Source: a candidate division WOR-3 bacterium (GTDB lineage: Bacteria > Hydrothermota > Hydrothermia > B15-G9). From it: a DNA stretch of 64,000 bases. Position 1 is the stretch's first letter. Every line of letters starts with the position of its first letter. The position numbers were made by a program, and so were the translations under genes. The notes under the pieces were generated by a model. It ran no database searches. It was not told where the DNA came from and worked only from the letters and a program-made list of their open reading frames with translations. Shown piece by piece: positions 9,999 to 19,288 of this stretch. Where the stretch lies: positions 9,519 through 73,518 of the forward strand of contig WGAI01000053.1 in the NCBI GenBank assembly GCA_015489175.1, in the 5' to 3' direction.

Positions 9999-10162
9999 CC
10001 CCGCCTCCTATCCTGAATTTTCCACGACATGAACGGCATGCGCATGGTCATAGGAGCGTCCTCAGCGACATGCAGGTGCGTAGATAGACTCGTGTAGCCT
10101 CTAAAAGGGAGTCGGAAGATATGAGTGGCTGGCCAATCCGCATCAAAGTTGCTGTTTTCCAT
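9995..10162 (-). CDS. Putative 55-aa small protein
   Basis: AAAGGA SD before ATG 10162; stop overlaps the UbiA start (ATGA); no recognisable family. Confidence 0.35.
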   Translation of the reverse strand: MENSNFDADWPATHIFRLPFRGYTSLSTHLHVAEDAPMTMRMPFMSWKIQDRRRG

Positions 10163-10208
10163 CGTTATCCTTTCCCGATTTTCATGAGTCAAATTCCAGA
10201 TAAGGAAC

Positions 10209-10242
10209 TGTAAGCTTACATACTAACCGCCTTTGATGTCAA
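10209..10242 (-). promoter_or_regulatory. sigma70-like promoter (TTGACA-18-TAAGCT) overlapped by the palindrome TGTAAGCTTACA
   Basis: -35 at 10237-10242 and -10 at 10213-10218 on the minus strand; perfect 12-bp palindrome at 10209-10220. Confidence 0.5.
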
Positions 10243-10531
10243 CAGGCCGTTATCACTCATTCAAAATGTTACCGAAATGAAAGCGATCTATGACTAAAAA
10301 AGCTACCTATGAGCTTCTCAGAATAAGGGGAGTTACTCTCTGTTCGATGAGCTTTAGTAACATTATCAAATGAGAGTTAACATTTTCCTGGTAACATTTT
10401 TTCATTTGACTTGATAAGTGGAACCACGTGGCACAGCGCATTACATACCAATGTCCCCTCGAAAACCTCATCACGATGTGGGACAGAGACCAACCTCTTC
10501 AAGATAAAATAATGAAGCCGTTTGGTTCTCT

Positions 10532-10560
10532 TTGACCACAAAATGAGAAATCGTTAAAAT
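10532..10560 (+). promoter_or_regulatory. sigma70-like promoter of alaS (TTGACC-17-TAAAAT), 9 nt before the ATG
   Basis: Read directly from the sequence; no SD before the alaS ATG. Confidence 0.7.
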
Positions 10561-10569
10561 TTCATCACC

Positions 10570-13167
10570 ATGAAATGGACAGCTGACAAAGTAAGAAAAA
10601 CATTTCTGGATTTTTTCAAGGAGCGCGGTCATGTAATCGTGCCATCATCGCCACTGCTTCCGAAAGGCGATCCGACATTGCTTTTCACGAATGCCGGAAT
10701 GAACCAGTTCAAGCCGTATTTTCTGCGAATAGTGGAACCACCGTTCACGCGCGCAGCTTCATGCCAAAAATGCATGAGGGCAGGCGGAAAACACAACGAC
10801 CTTGACAATGTTGGTTTCACACGTAGGCATCACACCTTCTTCGAGATGCTGGGCAACTTCAGTTTCGGCGACTACTTCAAAAAAGAAGCAATCACATGGG
10901 CATGGGAACTCCTGACAGATGTGTATGGACTTGAGAAAGAGAAACTCTGGATAACGATATTCCGCGACGACGATGAGGCATTTTACATCTGGCGTGATGA
11001 GGTCGGCGTGCCTGAAGACCGGATAATCAGGATGGGCGAAAAGGACAACTTCTGGGAGATGGGCGAGACAGGGCCGTGTGGGCCATCGACCGAGATTCAC
11101 TACGATCTCGGCCCGGAGATAGATCCCAACCAGAAATCCGTCAGAGAAGAAGGCGAGCGTTTTCTCGAACTGTGGAACCTCGTTTTCACGCAATACAATC
11201 GGCAGCCTGATGGGTCACTTGAGCCGTTGCCTCACAAAAACATCGACACAGGTATGGGATTAGAGCGCATTCTCGCTGTGCTTCAAGGCGTTGACTCAAA
11301 CTATCACACAGACCTGTTCATGCCACTCATTCGGGAAGTGGAGAGGATAACCGGGGTGAAATACAAGCCCGACATCGAGGGCGCGCCACACCGCGTCCTT
11401 GCCGATCACATTCGTGCCCTGTCGTTCGCCATCGGAGACGGCATCTACCCATCCAACTTCGGCCGCGGCTATGTGCTCAGGCGAATACTGAGGCGGGCGC
11501 ATCGTTTCGCTCAGAAACTGGATGTAAATGAGCCTATCCTTTATCGGCTTGTGGGCGTTGTGGCCGAGATAATGGGCGACACTTACCCTGAAGTGCGGCT
11601 CAAGAAAACGGAGATCGCTCAGATCATCAAATCCGAAGAAGAGCGGTTCATAAAGACCATCGCGCGTAACATCCCGAGATTGCTTGAAGCGCTCGGCAGG
11701 GCTAAGGAGACAGGTGTTCTGTCGGGCGAGGATATATTCAAACTCTACGACACATACGGCCTGCCGCTCGACCTCATAGAGGATTACGCCAGCGACGCCG
11801 GCGTGGAAATGGATATGGACGGATACAACCGCTACATGGCCGAGCAGCGCGAGCGTGCGAGGAAAGCGGTTCAATTTGAAGCGACACCGTGGGAGATTTT
11901 CGACAATTCGTATCAGGCAAGCGAATTCGTAGGATACGATACCCTTGAAACAGACGGCAAAATCGTCAAAGCACGGCGTAGATCCGATGGCAAATGGGAG
12001 ATAGTGCTCGACAGGACATCGTTCTATGCGGAATCCGGCGGTCAGGTCGGCGATCGGGGCAGGATAATCGGCATAAACGATGACTTCGAATTCATCGTGG
12101 AGGACACTCAGAGGATCGAGGGAGACATCATCCACATCGGAAAAGTCAAAAACGGGGAAATCAAAGGGCAAAAAGTCCATGCCGCTGTCGATAAAGAACA
12201 TCGATTTGCTTGTGCGCGTGCTCATACAGCAACACATCTCATGCATGCCGCACTCCGCGAGGTACTCGGCGAACATGTGCGTCAGGAAGGTTCGCTTGTG
12301 GAACCCGACAGGCTCAGATTTGACTTCGCGCATTTTCAGGCCATGACCCACGATGAGATCAAGCGCGTCGAGCAGATCGTCAACGAAAAAATACTGGAAA
12401 ACATTGAGCTTACGGTTGAATACATGGATTATCATCGTGCTATCGAGTTAGGCGCCATCGCGCTGTTCACGGAGAAATATGGCCAGAAGGTGAGGGTTGT
12501 CTCGATAGGCGATTTTTCAAAGGAGCTCTGCGGCGGAACGCACTGCAAACGCACAGGTGACATCGGATTTTTCAAGATCATAAAAGAGGAAGCGGCGGCG
12601 GCTGGCATCCGCAGAATTGACGCCTACACCGGCATGAAAGCGCTCCGCTGGGTGTGGGATGTTGAGGAGACATTGAACGAGGCGGCTTCCGTGCTGTCCG
12701 TCGAGCCATCTAAATTGCCCGTCAGAGCCAGAAAGCTCATCGAGGAGCTTGAAGAGGAGAAAGAGCGTTCATCGAACCTGCTCGATCGACTTGCCGCCAC
12801 AGTGGCACGAGAGCTGGCATCCAGTGCTGAGAGTGTGGGCGAGGTCAAAGTTTTCTGGGGCGTGGTCAAAGGCATTGACATAGAGGGACTGCGTCGTGTG
12901 GCCGACAATCTGGTGGCCCAAACCGATGGCTCGTATGTTATCTTGCTCGGCGGTATCCTCAAAGGCAGGCCCTCGGTGTTCGTCAAAGTCCACAAGAGCC
13001 TTACCGACAGGGTGTCGGCCGTGAAACTCGTCCGTGAAATCGGCAAGGAAATACGGGGTGGAGGCGGCGGAACCGCCGAAAAAGCCGAAGGCGGCGGGAA
13101 AAACGCCTCAAAGCTCGAATCTGCCATAAAATCGGCAGTCGAAAAACTGAAAGAACAATTAGCTTGA
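10570..13167 (+). CDS. alaS: Alanine--tRNA ligase
   Basis: LLFTNAGMNQFK, RHHTFFEMLGNFSFGDYFK, HTATHL, ELCGGTH and a C-terminal GGGG DHHA1 domain. Confidence 0.99.
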   Translation: MKWTADKVRKTFLDFFKERGHVIVPSSPLLPKGDPTLLFTNAGMNQFKPYFLRIVEPPFTRAASCQKCMRAGGKHNDLDNVGFTRRHHTFFEMLGNFSFGDYFKKEAITWAWELLTDVYGLEKEKLWITIFRDDDEAFYIWRDEVGVPEDRIIRMGEKDNFWEMGETGPCGPSTEIHYDLGPEIDPNQKSVREEGERFLELWNLVFTQYNRQPDGSLEPLPHKNIDTGMGLERILAVLQGVDSNYHTDLFMPLIREVERITGVKYKPDIEGAPHRVLADHIRALSFAIGDGIYPSNFGRGYVLRRILRRAHRFAQKLDVNEPILYRLVGVVAEIMGDTYPEVRLKKTEIAQIIKSEEERFIKTIARNIPRLLEALGRAKETGVLSGEDIFKLYDTYGLPLDLIEDYASDAGVEMDMDGYNRYMAEQRERARKAVQFEATPWEIFDNSYQASEFVGYDTLETDGKIVKARRRSDGKWEIVLDRTSFYAESGGQVGDRGRIIGINDDFEFIVEDTQRIEGDIIHIGKVKNGEIKGQKVHAAVDKEHRFACARAHTATHLMHAALREVLGEHVRQEGSLVEPDRLRFDFAHFQAMTHDEIKRVEQIVNEKILENIELTVEYMDYHRAIELGAIALFTEKYGQKVRVVSIGDFSKELCGGTHCKRTGDIGFFKIIKEEAAAAGIRRIDAYTGMKALRWVWDVEETLNEAASVLSVEPSKLPVRARKLIEELEEEKERSSNLLDRLAATVARELASSAESVGEVKVFWGVVKGIDIEGLRRVADNLVAQTDGSYVILLGGILKGRPSVFVKVHKSLTDRVSAVKLVREIGKEIRGGGGGTAEKAEGGGKNASKLESAIKSAVEKLKEQLA

Positions 13168-13230
13168 TGGTTTTCAAGGCCATTTAACGAATTGCGGCCT
13201 TATCGTTTTGAAAAAAATGGTATTTAAAAA

Positions 13231-13330
13231 CCTCTCCGAGCCAGGTTGCCTAAAGGCGCACCGCCCATGGAGCCTGGCCAATGGGTGTGTGGGGAAACCC
13301 GCATCGCCTCCCGTGTTTGGAAAGGAGAGG
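13231..13330 (+). ncRNA. Moco/Tuco riboswitch (P3-less, tungsten-cofactor type)
   Basis: P1 CCTCTCC/GGAGAGG; P2 CCAGG...CCTAAAGGCG..CGCCCATGG..CCTGG; GAAA-capped P4; hallmark GCCTCCCGTGTTTGGAAAGGAG; directly upstream of aor-moaD-moeB. Confidence 0.9.
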
Positions 13331-13356
13331 GTTATTCAAACATGGGAGGTGTTATT

Positions 13357-15174
13357 ATGCCTGGGACATACGCTGGTAAGCTGCTCAGGATCAACCTGAG
13401 CACAGGCGATATAAAGGTCGAGGAGATACCAGAGGAGTATCTCCGCAAATACATAGGTGGCCGCGGTCTGGCGTCCTACTACCTCTACAAGGAGATAGAT
13501 CCGAAGATCGACCCGCTGAGCCCGGAGAACAAGATCATATTCGCGACAGGGCCGCTCTCCGGAACAGCTGCACCGACAGGCGGTAGATACATGGTTGTAA
13601 CCAAAGGGCCTCTCACCGGAACCATCGCATCGAGTAACTCCGGCGGCTTCTTCGGCGCAGAGTTGAAACATGCCGGTTACGACATGCTGATCGTTGAGGG
13701 CAAGTCCGAGAAACCGGTTTACATATACATCAACGACGACACGGTGGAAATTCGGGATGCATCTCACCTGTGGGGCAAAGACACGCACTACACAACAGAC
13801 AAACTGCGCGAAGAGGTCGGCATCAAAAACGCAAAGGTTGCATGCATAGGCCCAGCCGGTGAGAACCTCGTCAAATTCGCCGCCGTGATCAACGACAAGC
13901 ATCGTGCGGCAGGAAGGACCGGCGTAGGCGCCGTCATGGGTAGTAAAAAGCTCAAAGCGATAATCGTCAAGGGCAGCAAGAGGCCCAAGGCCGCGTCGGA
14001 CGAGTTCCTGCATGTGATTCGCGAAAAGACCGACACACTTAGAAAGGATCCGATAACCGGTGAAGGGCTGCCGAAACTGGGCACCAAGGTGCTGGACAAC
14101 ATCATCAACCAGAACGGGCTGTATCCCACTCGCAACTTCCAGACGGGCGTTTTCGAGAAGACCCATGAGGTTTCAGGTGAGGCACTCGTTGAAAAGGGAT
14201 ATTTGGTGAAAAACAGGGCATGTTACGCCTGCCCGATTGCGTGCGGCAGGGTCACAAAGTTGCCAACAGGGCTTGAAGGCGAAGGTCCTGAATACGAAAC
14301 TGGATGGGCGTTTGGCGCAAACTGCGGCGTGTCAGACTTAAACGCAATAACAGAGGCCAACTTCCTTGCAAACGAATTGGGCCTCGATACCATCTCCACA
14401 GGAACAACGATTGCCTGTGCCATGGAGCTGTATGAGAGGGGCATCCTGCCGAAAGAGGATCTTCAGAAAGGTCCGGAACTTCTTTTCGGCAACTCAGAGG
14501 CGATCGTGTATTACACTAAACAGATCGCTTATCGCGAAGGTCTTGGTGACAAACTCGCTGAGGGCTCTTATCGATTCGCCGAATCCTACGGCCATCCGGA
14601 ATACTCCATGAGTGTGAAGAAACAGGAGCTGCCGGCCTATGATCCTCGTGGCGCTCAGGGTCATGCATTGGAGTATGCCACATCGAACCGCGGCGGCTGC
14701 CATGTGCGTGGCTACATGATCTCGCCTGAGATCCTCGGCGTGCCTGAAAAACTCGATCCGCAGAGCCTTGAAGGCAAAGCCGAATGGGTCAAAATCTTCC
14801 AAGATCTCACGGCTGTGATCGATGCTGAGGGATTGTGCCTGTTCACATCGTTCGCACTCGGCGCAGACGATTACCGTGATATGCTGGCAGCAGCGACCGG
14901 ATGGGACATTACCACTGAGGAGCTGATGAAAGCTGGCGAGAGAATTTGGAACCTGGAGCGCATGTTCAACCTGGAAGCCGGCATAGACCCGAAAGAAGAC
15001 ACACTGCCTAAGAGGATGCTTGAGGAGCCCATGCCGGATGGCCCGAACAAGGGCGCTGTTGTCAAACTCAGCGAACTTCTGCCCAAATACTACGAGGTCA
15101 GAGGATGGACGAAAGACGGGATACCAACAGAGGAAAAAATCAAGGAACTGGGGCTGGAGGAGCTGAAAAAGTAA
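13357..15174 (+). CDS. aor: Aldehyde:ferredoxin oxidoreductase (tungsten-type AOR family)
   Basis: [47 protein letters not shown] and RGGCH motifs; start set at ATG 13357 after GGAGGT. Confidence 0.96.
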   Translation: MPGTYAGKLLRINLSTGDIKVEEIPEEYLRKYIGGRGLASYYLYKEIDPKIDPLSPENKIIFATGPLSGTAAPTGGRYMVVTKGPLTGTIASSNSGGFFGAELKHAGYDMLIVEGKSEKPVYIYINDDTVEIRDASHLWGKDTHYTTDKLREEVGIKNAKVACIGPAGENLVKFAAVINDKHRAAGRTGVGAVMGSKKLKAIIVKGSKRPKAASDEFLHVIREKTDTLRKDPITGEGLPKLGTKVLDNIINQNGLYPTRNFQTGVFEKTHEVSGEALVEKGYLVKNRACYACPIACGRVTKLPTGLEGEGPEYETGWAFGANCGVSDLNAITEANFLANELGLDTISTGTTIACAMELYERGILPKEDLQKGPELLFGNSEAIVYYTKQIAYREGLGDKLAEGSYRFAESYGHPEYSMSVKKQELPAYDPRGAQGHALEYATSNRGGCHVRGYMISPEILGVPEKLDPQSLEGKAEWVKIFQDLTAVIDAEGLCLFTSFALGADDYRDMLAAATGWDITTEELMKAGERIWNLERMFNLEAGIDPKEDTLPKRMLEEPMPDGPNKGAVVKLSELLPKYYEVRGWTKDGIPTEEKIKELGLEELKK

Positions 15175-15176
15175 CG

Positions 15177-15446
15177 ATGGAGTTCTTCGCCACCCTGAGG
15201 CTTGCCCTCGGGGTGGCCTCCATCGCTTTTGAGCTGGACACCCCGACCACCATCAAACAACTTGTTGACATGGCGTCTCAGAAATTAGGCACAGACATCT
15301 CTCAAAAACTTTTTGACGGCGATAAGATCAAGCGAGGCACGATGATACTCGTCAACGGCAAAAACATCCATCACCTTAACGGGCTGGACACCCTCGTGGA
15401 GCCCGGCGATAGGATCGCGGTCTTCCCACCCGCGGGAGGCGGCTGA
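15177..15446 (+). CDS. moaD: MoaD/ThiS-family ubiquitin-like sulfur carrier
   Basis: FFATLR...ILVNGKNI...GDRIAVFPPAGGG with C-terminal GG; start uncertain (see findings). Confidence 0.88.
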   Translation: MEFFATLRLALGVASIAFELDTPTTIKQLVDMASQKLGTDISQKLFDGDKIKRGTMILVNGKNIHHLNGLDTLVEPGDRIAVFPPAGGG

Positions 15447-15448
15447 TA

Positions 15449-16120
15449 ATGCTTATTTCCGAGATATTTGAGCGGCATGTCAGATTGATCGGACACGACT
15501 GTTTCAAAAAACTGGCGAATTCAGCCGTGTTGGTTGCAGGCATAGGCGGACTTGGTTCAACAGTGGCTCAGCTTCTCGCAAGAACAGGCATCGGAACATT
15601 GCATTTAGTTGATTTTGATAGGGTTGAGGAAAATAACCTGAACAGACAGATACTCTACACGCGCCAAGACATCGGCTACTACAAGGTGGATGTGGCTGCA
15701 AAACGGCTCAAGGAGATCGTCCCCCACATAAAAATCGTGCCCCACAGAGCAAAACTTTCACCGGAATTTATACTGCCAGATGTGGATGTGATCGTTGACT
15801 GCCTTGACAATTTCAGCGATAGGTTTGTCCTCGACATGCTCGCTGAGGACAAAAACATTCCCCTTGTGCACGGCGGCGTTGCCCGATTTCACGGGCAGGT
15901 TACCGTCATCAAATACGGGGAAACACAGACTATACGCGACATCTTCGAGGAGGTGGAGGATAAGGATAAAATCCCGGTTTTTCCGCCACTCGTCACGCTC
16001 GTCGGATCAATACAGGCATCTGAGACTGTGAAACTTCTGTGTGACCTCGGTCCATCCCTTGTCGGTAAGCTCCTCCTGATCGATCTCCTCGCCAATACAA
16101 TCGACACCATAGATCTGTGA
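15449..16120 (+). CDS. moeB: ThiF/MoeB/HesA-family adenylyltransferase
   Basis: GIGGLGS, DFDRVEENNLNRQ and DCLDN motifs; follows moaD. Confidence 0.88.
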   Translation: MLISEIFERHVRLIGHDCFKKLANSAVLVAGIGGLGSTVAQLLARTGIGTLHLVDFDRVEENNLNRQILYTRQDIGYYKVDVAAKRLKEIVPHIKIVPHRAKLSPEFILPDVDVIVDCLDNFSDRFVLDMLAEDKNIPLVHGGVARFHGQVTVIKYGETQTIRDIFEEVEDKDKIPVFPPLVTLVGSIQASETVKLLCDLGPSLVGKLLLIDLLANTIDTIDL

Positions 16121-16513
16121 TTATCCCTCCATAAGTCCCTTTATCGGGAAATAGAACCTGAGCATGTAGAAAACAAAAATGACAAAGTAAGGAACATAGA
16201 GTTTCCACGATCCATACATCATGGCAATCCCGGTTCCCAGAAGGATTATGATCACGCCCGCAAGGAGAACGACAAGAGATATGACAAAACGAAACATCGC
16301 ATTCTCGCCCCACTGTTTCAGAAAAAACAGGACAAGCCGCATCGAGATAAATAGCACACCGATTATCAAAAATGTCAGCACCAGCATGGGATACGCATCC
16401 CCGGTCGAAGCCGTCTTTGAAACAGGGAAAAAAGCGAGCGAGAACGGCAGCAAACTCAAAAGGAACTCTCCAATGGCAATCCATTTGACAATGCTATCCA
16501 GTTTCTGCGTCAA
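16121..16513 (-). CDS. Hypothetical 4-TM membrane protein
   Basis: Four hydrophobic segments; AGGAGGTG SD before a TTG start. Confidence 0.65.
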   Translation of the reverse strand: MTQKLDSIVKWIAIGEFLLSLLPFSLAFFPVSKTASTGDAYPMLVLTFLIIGVLFISMRLVLFFLKQWGENAMFRFVISLVVLLAGVIIILLGTGIAMMYGSWKLYVPYFVIFVFYMLRFYFPIKGLMEG

Positions 16514-16587
16514 AAATCACCTCCTTGAGGGTTGTAATTTCGTTGTTTTACGCAGTTTCAAATCAACCGATCACTGCGATGTGAGTC

Positions 16588-17445
16588 CTATCCACCTGTT
16601 ACCTTGCCCCCGCCGCTTCCTTTTATAGCATTGAGCAAAATTTCTATCGGTGAAGTTATTGTCGTTCCGATGATGAACTTTTGCCCGCTCGCCTGCTCCT
16701 GCGATTGGGTGGTATTTTCACCACCGAGAGAGAACTCAAAGCTCACGCCAACCTGAAGTATATCACCTTGAGGCGCAGTGACTGCAAACCCCAATCCGAT
16801 ACCGGGCTTCCTCGAATCGGCCTGATAAAGCGAGACGAATAGGCCGAAGTGCTCGACAAGAGGATTCCTCGACACACGGTAGAATGTGAACGACATTGCT
16901 GGCTTGTAAACAGGTGAAGAGCCTTTCTGAAGCACTACAACGGGCACAGTCGATACATGTGGCGATGGCCCGCCTGTTATCGAACCAAAAGAAAATCCTG
17001 TCCTCCTAAGAGTATAGATAAATGTTTGGGATGGAAGAGGTTGACCTTCGTTTGGATCGTAAACGACCACTTTTATCCTGTCAAACTCGTTCATGCCTGT
17101 GAGCTCTATCTCTGCGTCCTTTATGTCGGCCCTCCTCGCAATGTATTGCAATCTGCCGCTGGTGTCGATCCACGAATACAGAGGGACTGTGACTTCAACT
17201 GATTTACCGCTTCTCGATATCTTGAAGGCGCGCACAAGCACGGTAGTTTCACCGCTCTTTTTCACCTCATCGCTGAACTTCACAACTATCATGCTTCTCA
17301 TATCCACGACACCGCGGTTCCGCTTCAGCACGATCGTGTCGCCCGACTGCGTAACCTCAAGCACCTGAAAATCCTGCCTGTTCAATGCGTTTGCCTGAGA
17401 AAAGAGCAGAAGAACGGCCGCCACGGCATATATCTTTTTAATCAT
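16588..17445 (-). CDS. Hypothetical secreted beta-rich protein
   Basis: Sec signal (..SQANA|); alternating amphipathic strands in the C-terminal half. Confidence 0.7.
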   Translation of the reverse strand: MIKKIYAVAAVLLLFSQANALNRQDFQVLEVTQSGDTIVLKRNRGVVDMRSMIVVKFSDEVKKSGETTVLVRAFKISRSGKSVEVTVPLYSWIDTSGRLQYIARRADIKDAEIELTGMNEFDRIKVVVYDPNEGQPLPSQTFIYTLRRTGFSFGSITGGPSPHVSTVPVVVLQKGSSPVYKPAMSFTFYRVSRNPLVEHFGLFVSLYQADSRKPGIGLGFAVTAPQGDILQVGVSFEFSLGGENTTQSQEQASGQKFIIGTTITSPIEILLNAIKGSGGGKVTGG

Positions 17446-18193
17446 TGTAATCCTCCTTGTTTAAATCTGTCTCCTCCGCAACATCTTCGGGGTTTCCTAA
17501 CTGGGTGACCCGTTTCAGCATATCCCTGAACTTGCGGGGAGAAGGATTGATGTAAGTTTCCACAACAGATCCATTTTGATCCATGGTGGCAACCAGAGGG
17601 ATTAACCTCAAACCACCGGGTTTGAGCTCCTCATAAACATCCCACAGGTTATCGTAATCACAGATCACATAAAGGAACAAAATTTCGTCTTTGTGGGCTC
17701 TGGCGAACTCACGAAACATCCTGTCGAATGCCTCGCGCTCCTTGCCCTTGAAATAATTTGTGACAAATGCGGCCGCTTTCGGCAGGGGTTTATCTTTCAG
17801 CTCCTCCCAATGAGTTTTGTCTGTCACGGTGATAAAAGGCCGCCTGCCACCAGAAGCCATAACCGCCATCTTAACGAGGTCTCGGAACCTCTTGGGCGGT
17901 GGATTTATCTCCTTTTTGATGAGCTTACCATCGATGTCATAAACAGCCACCATCGGAAAGATGTCGAGCCCGCTAGACACATCCTCAAACACGTTCCGCA
18001 GCTCATCCTCATCCACATTGACATAGAGAAAGATCGCCTTTTTGTAATAAGCGGCGGCGAACTGATCGAATATGTTGTCGAACTGACGCCTCTCCTCCCC
18101 GACAAATCCGTTGCTGACAAAAGCGACAACCTTGGCCCTTTTTAAGGAGATTTTCTCATCCCATGAATCGATGTCTTTGACAAGATAATACAT
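17438..18193 (-). CDS. Tandem-duplicated thioredoxin-like-fold protein lacking CxxC
   Basis: Two ~115-aa internal repeats (AFVxN.F.G.ER..FD..F..FA...FLYV..D.D.L..V...P.VA..D..G.....INP.P..FRD..K); start at ATG 18193 after GGAGG. Confidence 0.65.
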   Translation of the reverse strand: MYYLVKDIDSWDEKISLKRAKVVAFVSNGFVGEERRQFDNIFDQFAAAYYKKAIFLYVNVDEDELRNVFEDVSSGLDIFPMVAVYDIDGKLIKKEINPPPKRFRDLVKMAVMASGGRRPFITVTDKTHWEELKDKPLPKAAAFVTNYFKGKEREAFDRMFREFARAHKDEILFLYVICDYDNLWDVYEELKPGGLRLIPLVATMDQNGSVVETYINPSPRKFRDMLKRVTQLGNPEDVAEETDLNKEDYND

Positions 18194-18247
18194 TTCAACC
18201 TCCCTTAATTTTGGTAAGCTTATGTTAATACTATCGAGCATGTATGT

Positions 18248-19252
18248 TCAAGTTTCGATAGTGTGTGTTTTTTTAGCATTTCTATAAGCTTTGAGGAGGG
18301 TTGCCCATGCCATTTCAGGATCATCGCTCCTGATGTATGACATGTAAGCTGTGGCTCGATAGCTCCATGCCGCAAGATTGGCCACTCCTGCGTCGCGCGC
18401 TGCTCGAACTGCAATCTCGATGTCGCCTTCCTTACCGGACGGGATTCCAAACAGCTGAATCCATATCTGAGGCTCTTTTCTGTATTTATTTGCGAGGTTC
18501 ATGACCATGTCGGAGAACTTGCGGACATGGTGGTAAACATCCTCGCCTGTGAGTTTGCGCGGCACCCAATACGGGTCTGTACCGACGATATCGATCTCAG
18601 GCATGGAGAATATTGTATCCCAATGTGTGGCTTCGTGTTCCCTTGGCAACATGCAAACCGCTGTCCTCATTCCAAGCTCTTTCGCCTTTGCGGCAAGCTT
18701 TTTCAGGAATTCGGCTATCGACTGGAATCTGAACTCCATAACCTCATCTGTGAGCTCAAGCGGCATATCGTGGCCATACATCTCTTTGAACTTGCGCTGG
18801 CAATGCTCACACCTGCAGGCCCATTTGTCACTCCTTGCCGAGAAATGTGGCTCGTCGAAGAAAACGACATCTGCCCCTGTGTCAGCGGCCTTCTCAAGCC
18901 ATTCCATCATGTAATCGACAGTTTTCGGATTATTGGGGCATGCTGCAGGAGCGGTTTCTCCATTGGAGTAAACCTGATTGGCGTCGCGGTTTCTCGCAAC
19001 GAATCTGGAAAAGGCCTCTCCACCGAATATCCCCAGAACACCCCACGGATCGATGTAAACCTCAAGTCCCATCTTATGGCTTAACTGCACAATCTCAACC
19101 ATCGTGTCGTGATAAAATATCATGTCGTTCTCTGTGTAGGTGTGTACAACGAAATCTATGCCGTTTGATGCCATATCGTAAAGATCATGAGCCACATGCA
19201 AAGGATTTCTCACACCGAAATATGAGACACCGACCTTAACCTCATCCTTCAT
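18248..19252 (-). CDS. Glycoside hydrolase-like TIM-barrel protein
   Basis: GVSYFG, DPWG..GIFGGE, FFDEPH, CRCEHC Zn-site-like motif and GTDPYW; cytoplasmic. Confidence 0.65.
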   Translation of the reverse strand: MKDEVKVGVSYFGVRNPLHVAHDLYDMASNGIDFVVHTYTENDMIFYHDTMVEIVQLSHKMGLEVYIDPWGVLGIFGGEAFSRFVARNRDANQVYSNGETAPAACPNNPKTVDYMMEWLEKAADTGADVVFFDEPHFSARSDKWACRCEHCQRKFKEMYGHDMPLELTDEVMEFRFQSIAEFLKKLAAKAKELGMRTAVCMLPREHEATHWDTIFSMPEIDIVGTDPYWVPRKLTGEDVYHHVRKFSDMVMNLANKYRKEPQIWIQLFGIPSGKEGDIEIAVRAARDAGVANLAAWSYRATAYMSYIRSDDPEMAWATLLKAYRNAKKTHTIET

Positions 19253-19288
19253 TTTCGTTCCTCCGTTTTGATGAGTTCCTATTTTAAA

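Noticed and set aside
10400..10569. T-box or other leader upstream of alaS
   Set aside because: No T-box motif or terminator; the promoter sits immediately before the ATG.
11296..12435. 379-aa antisense ORF inside alaS (likewise 13336-14166 inside aor and 33081-33914 opposite galT)
   Set aside because: Shadow ORFs fully opposite well-conserved genes, with no motifs or start signals.
13246..13356. N-terminal extension of aor given in the ORF track
   Set aside because: It runs through the riboswitch; homology and the SD point to ATG 13357 (or 13342).
15105..15176. Long N-terminal extension of moaD overlapping aor
   Set aside because: No SD and a 70-nt overlap; only the last KVT residues look MoaD-like (treated in findings).
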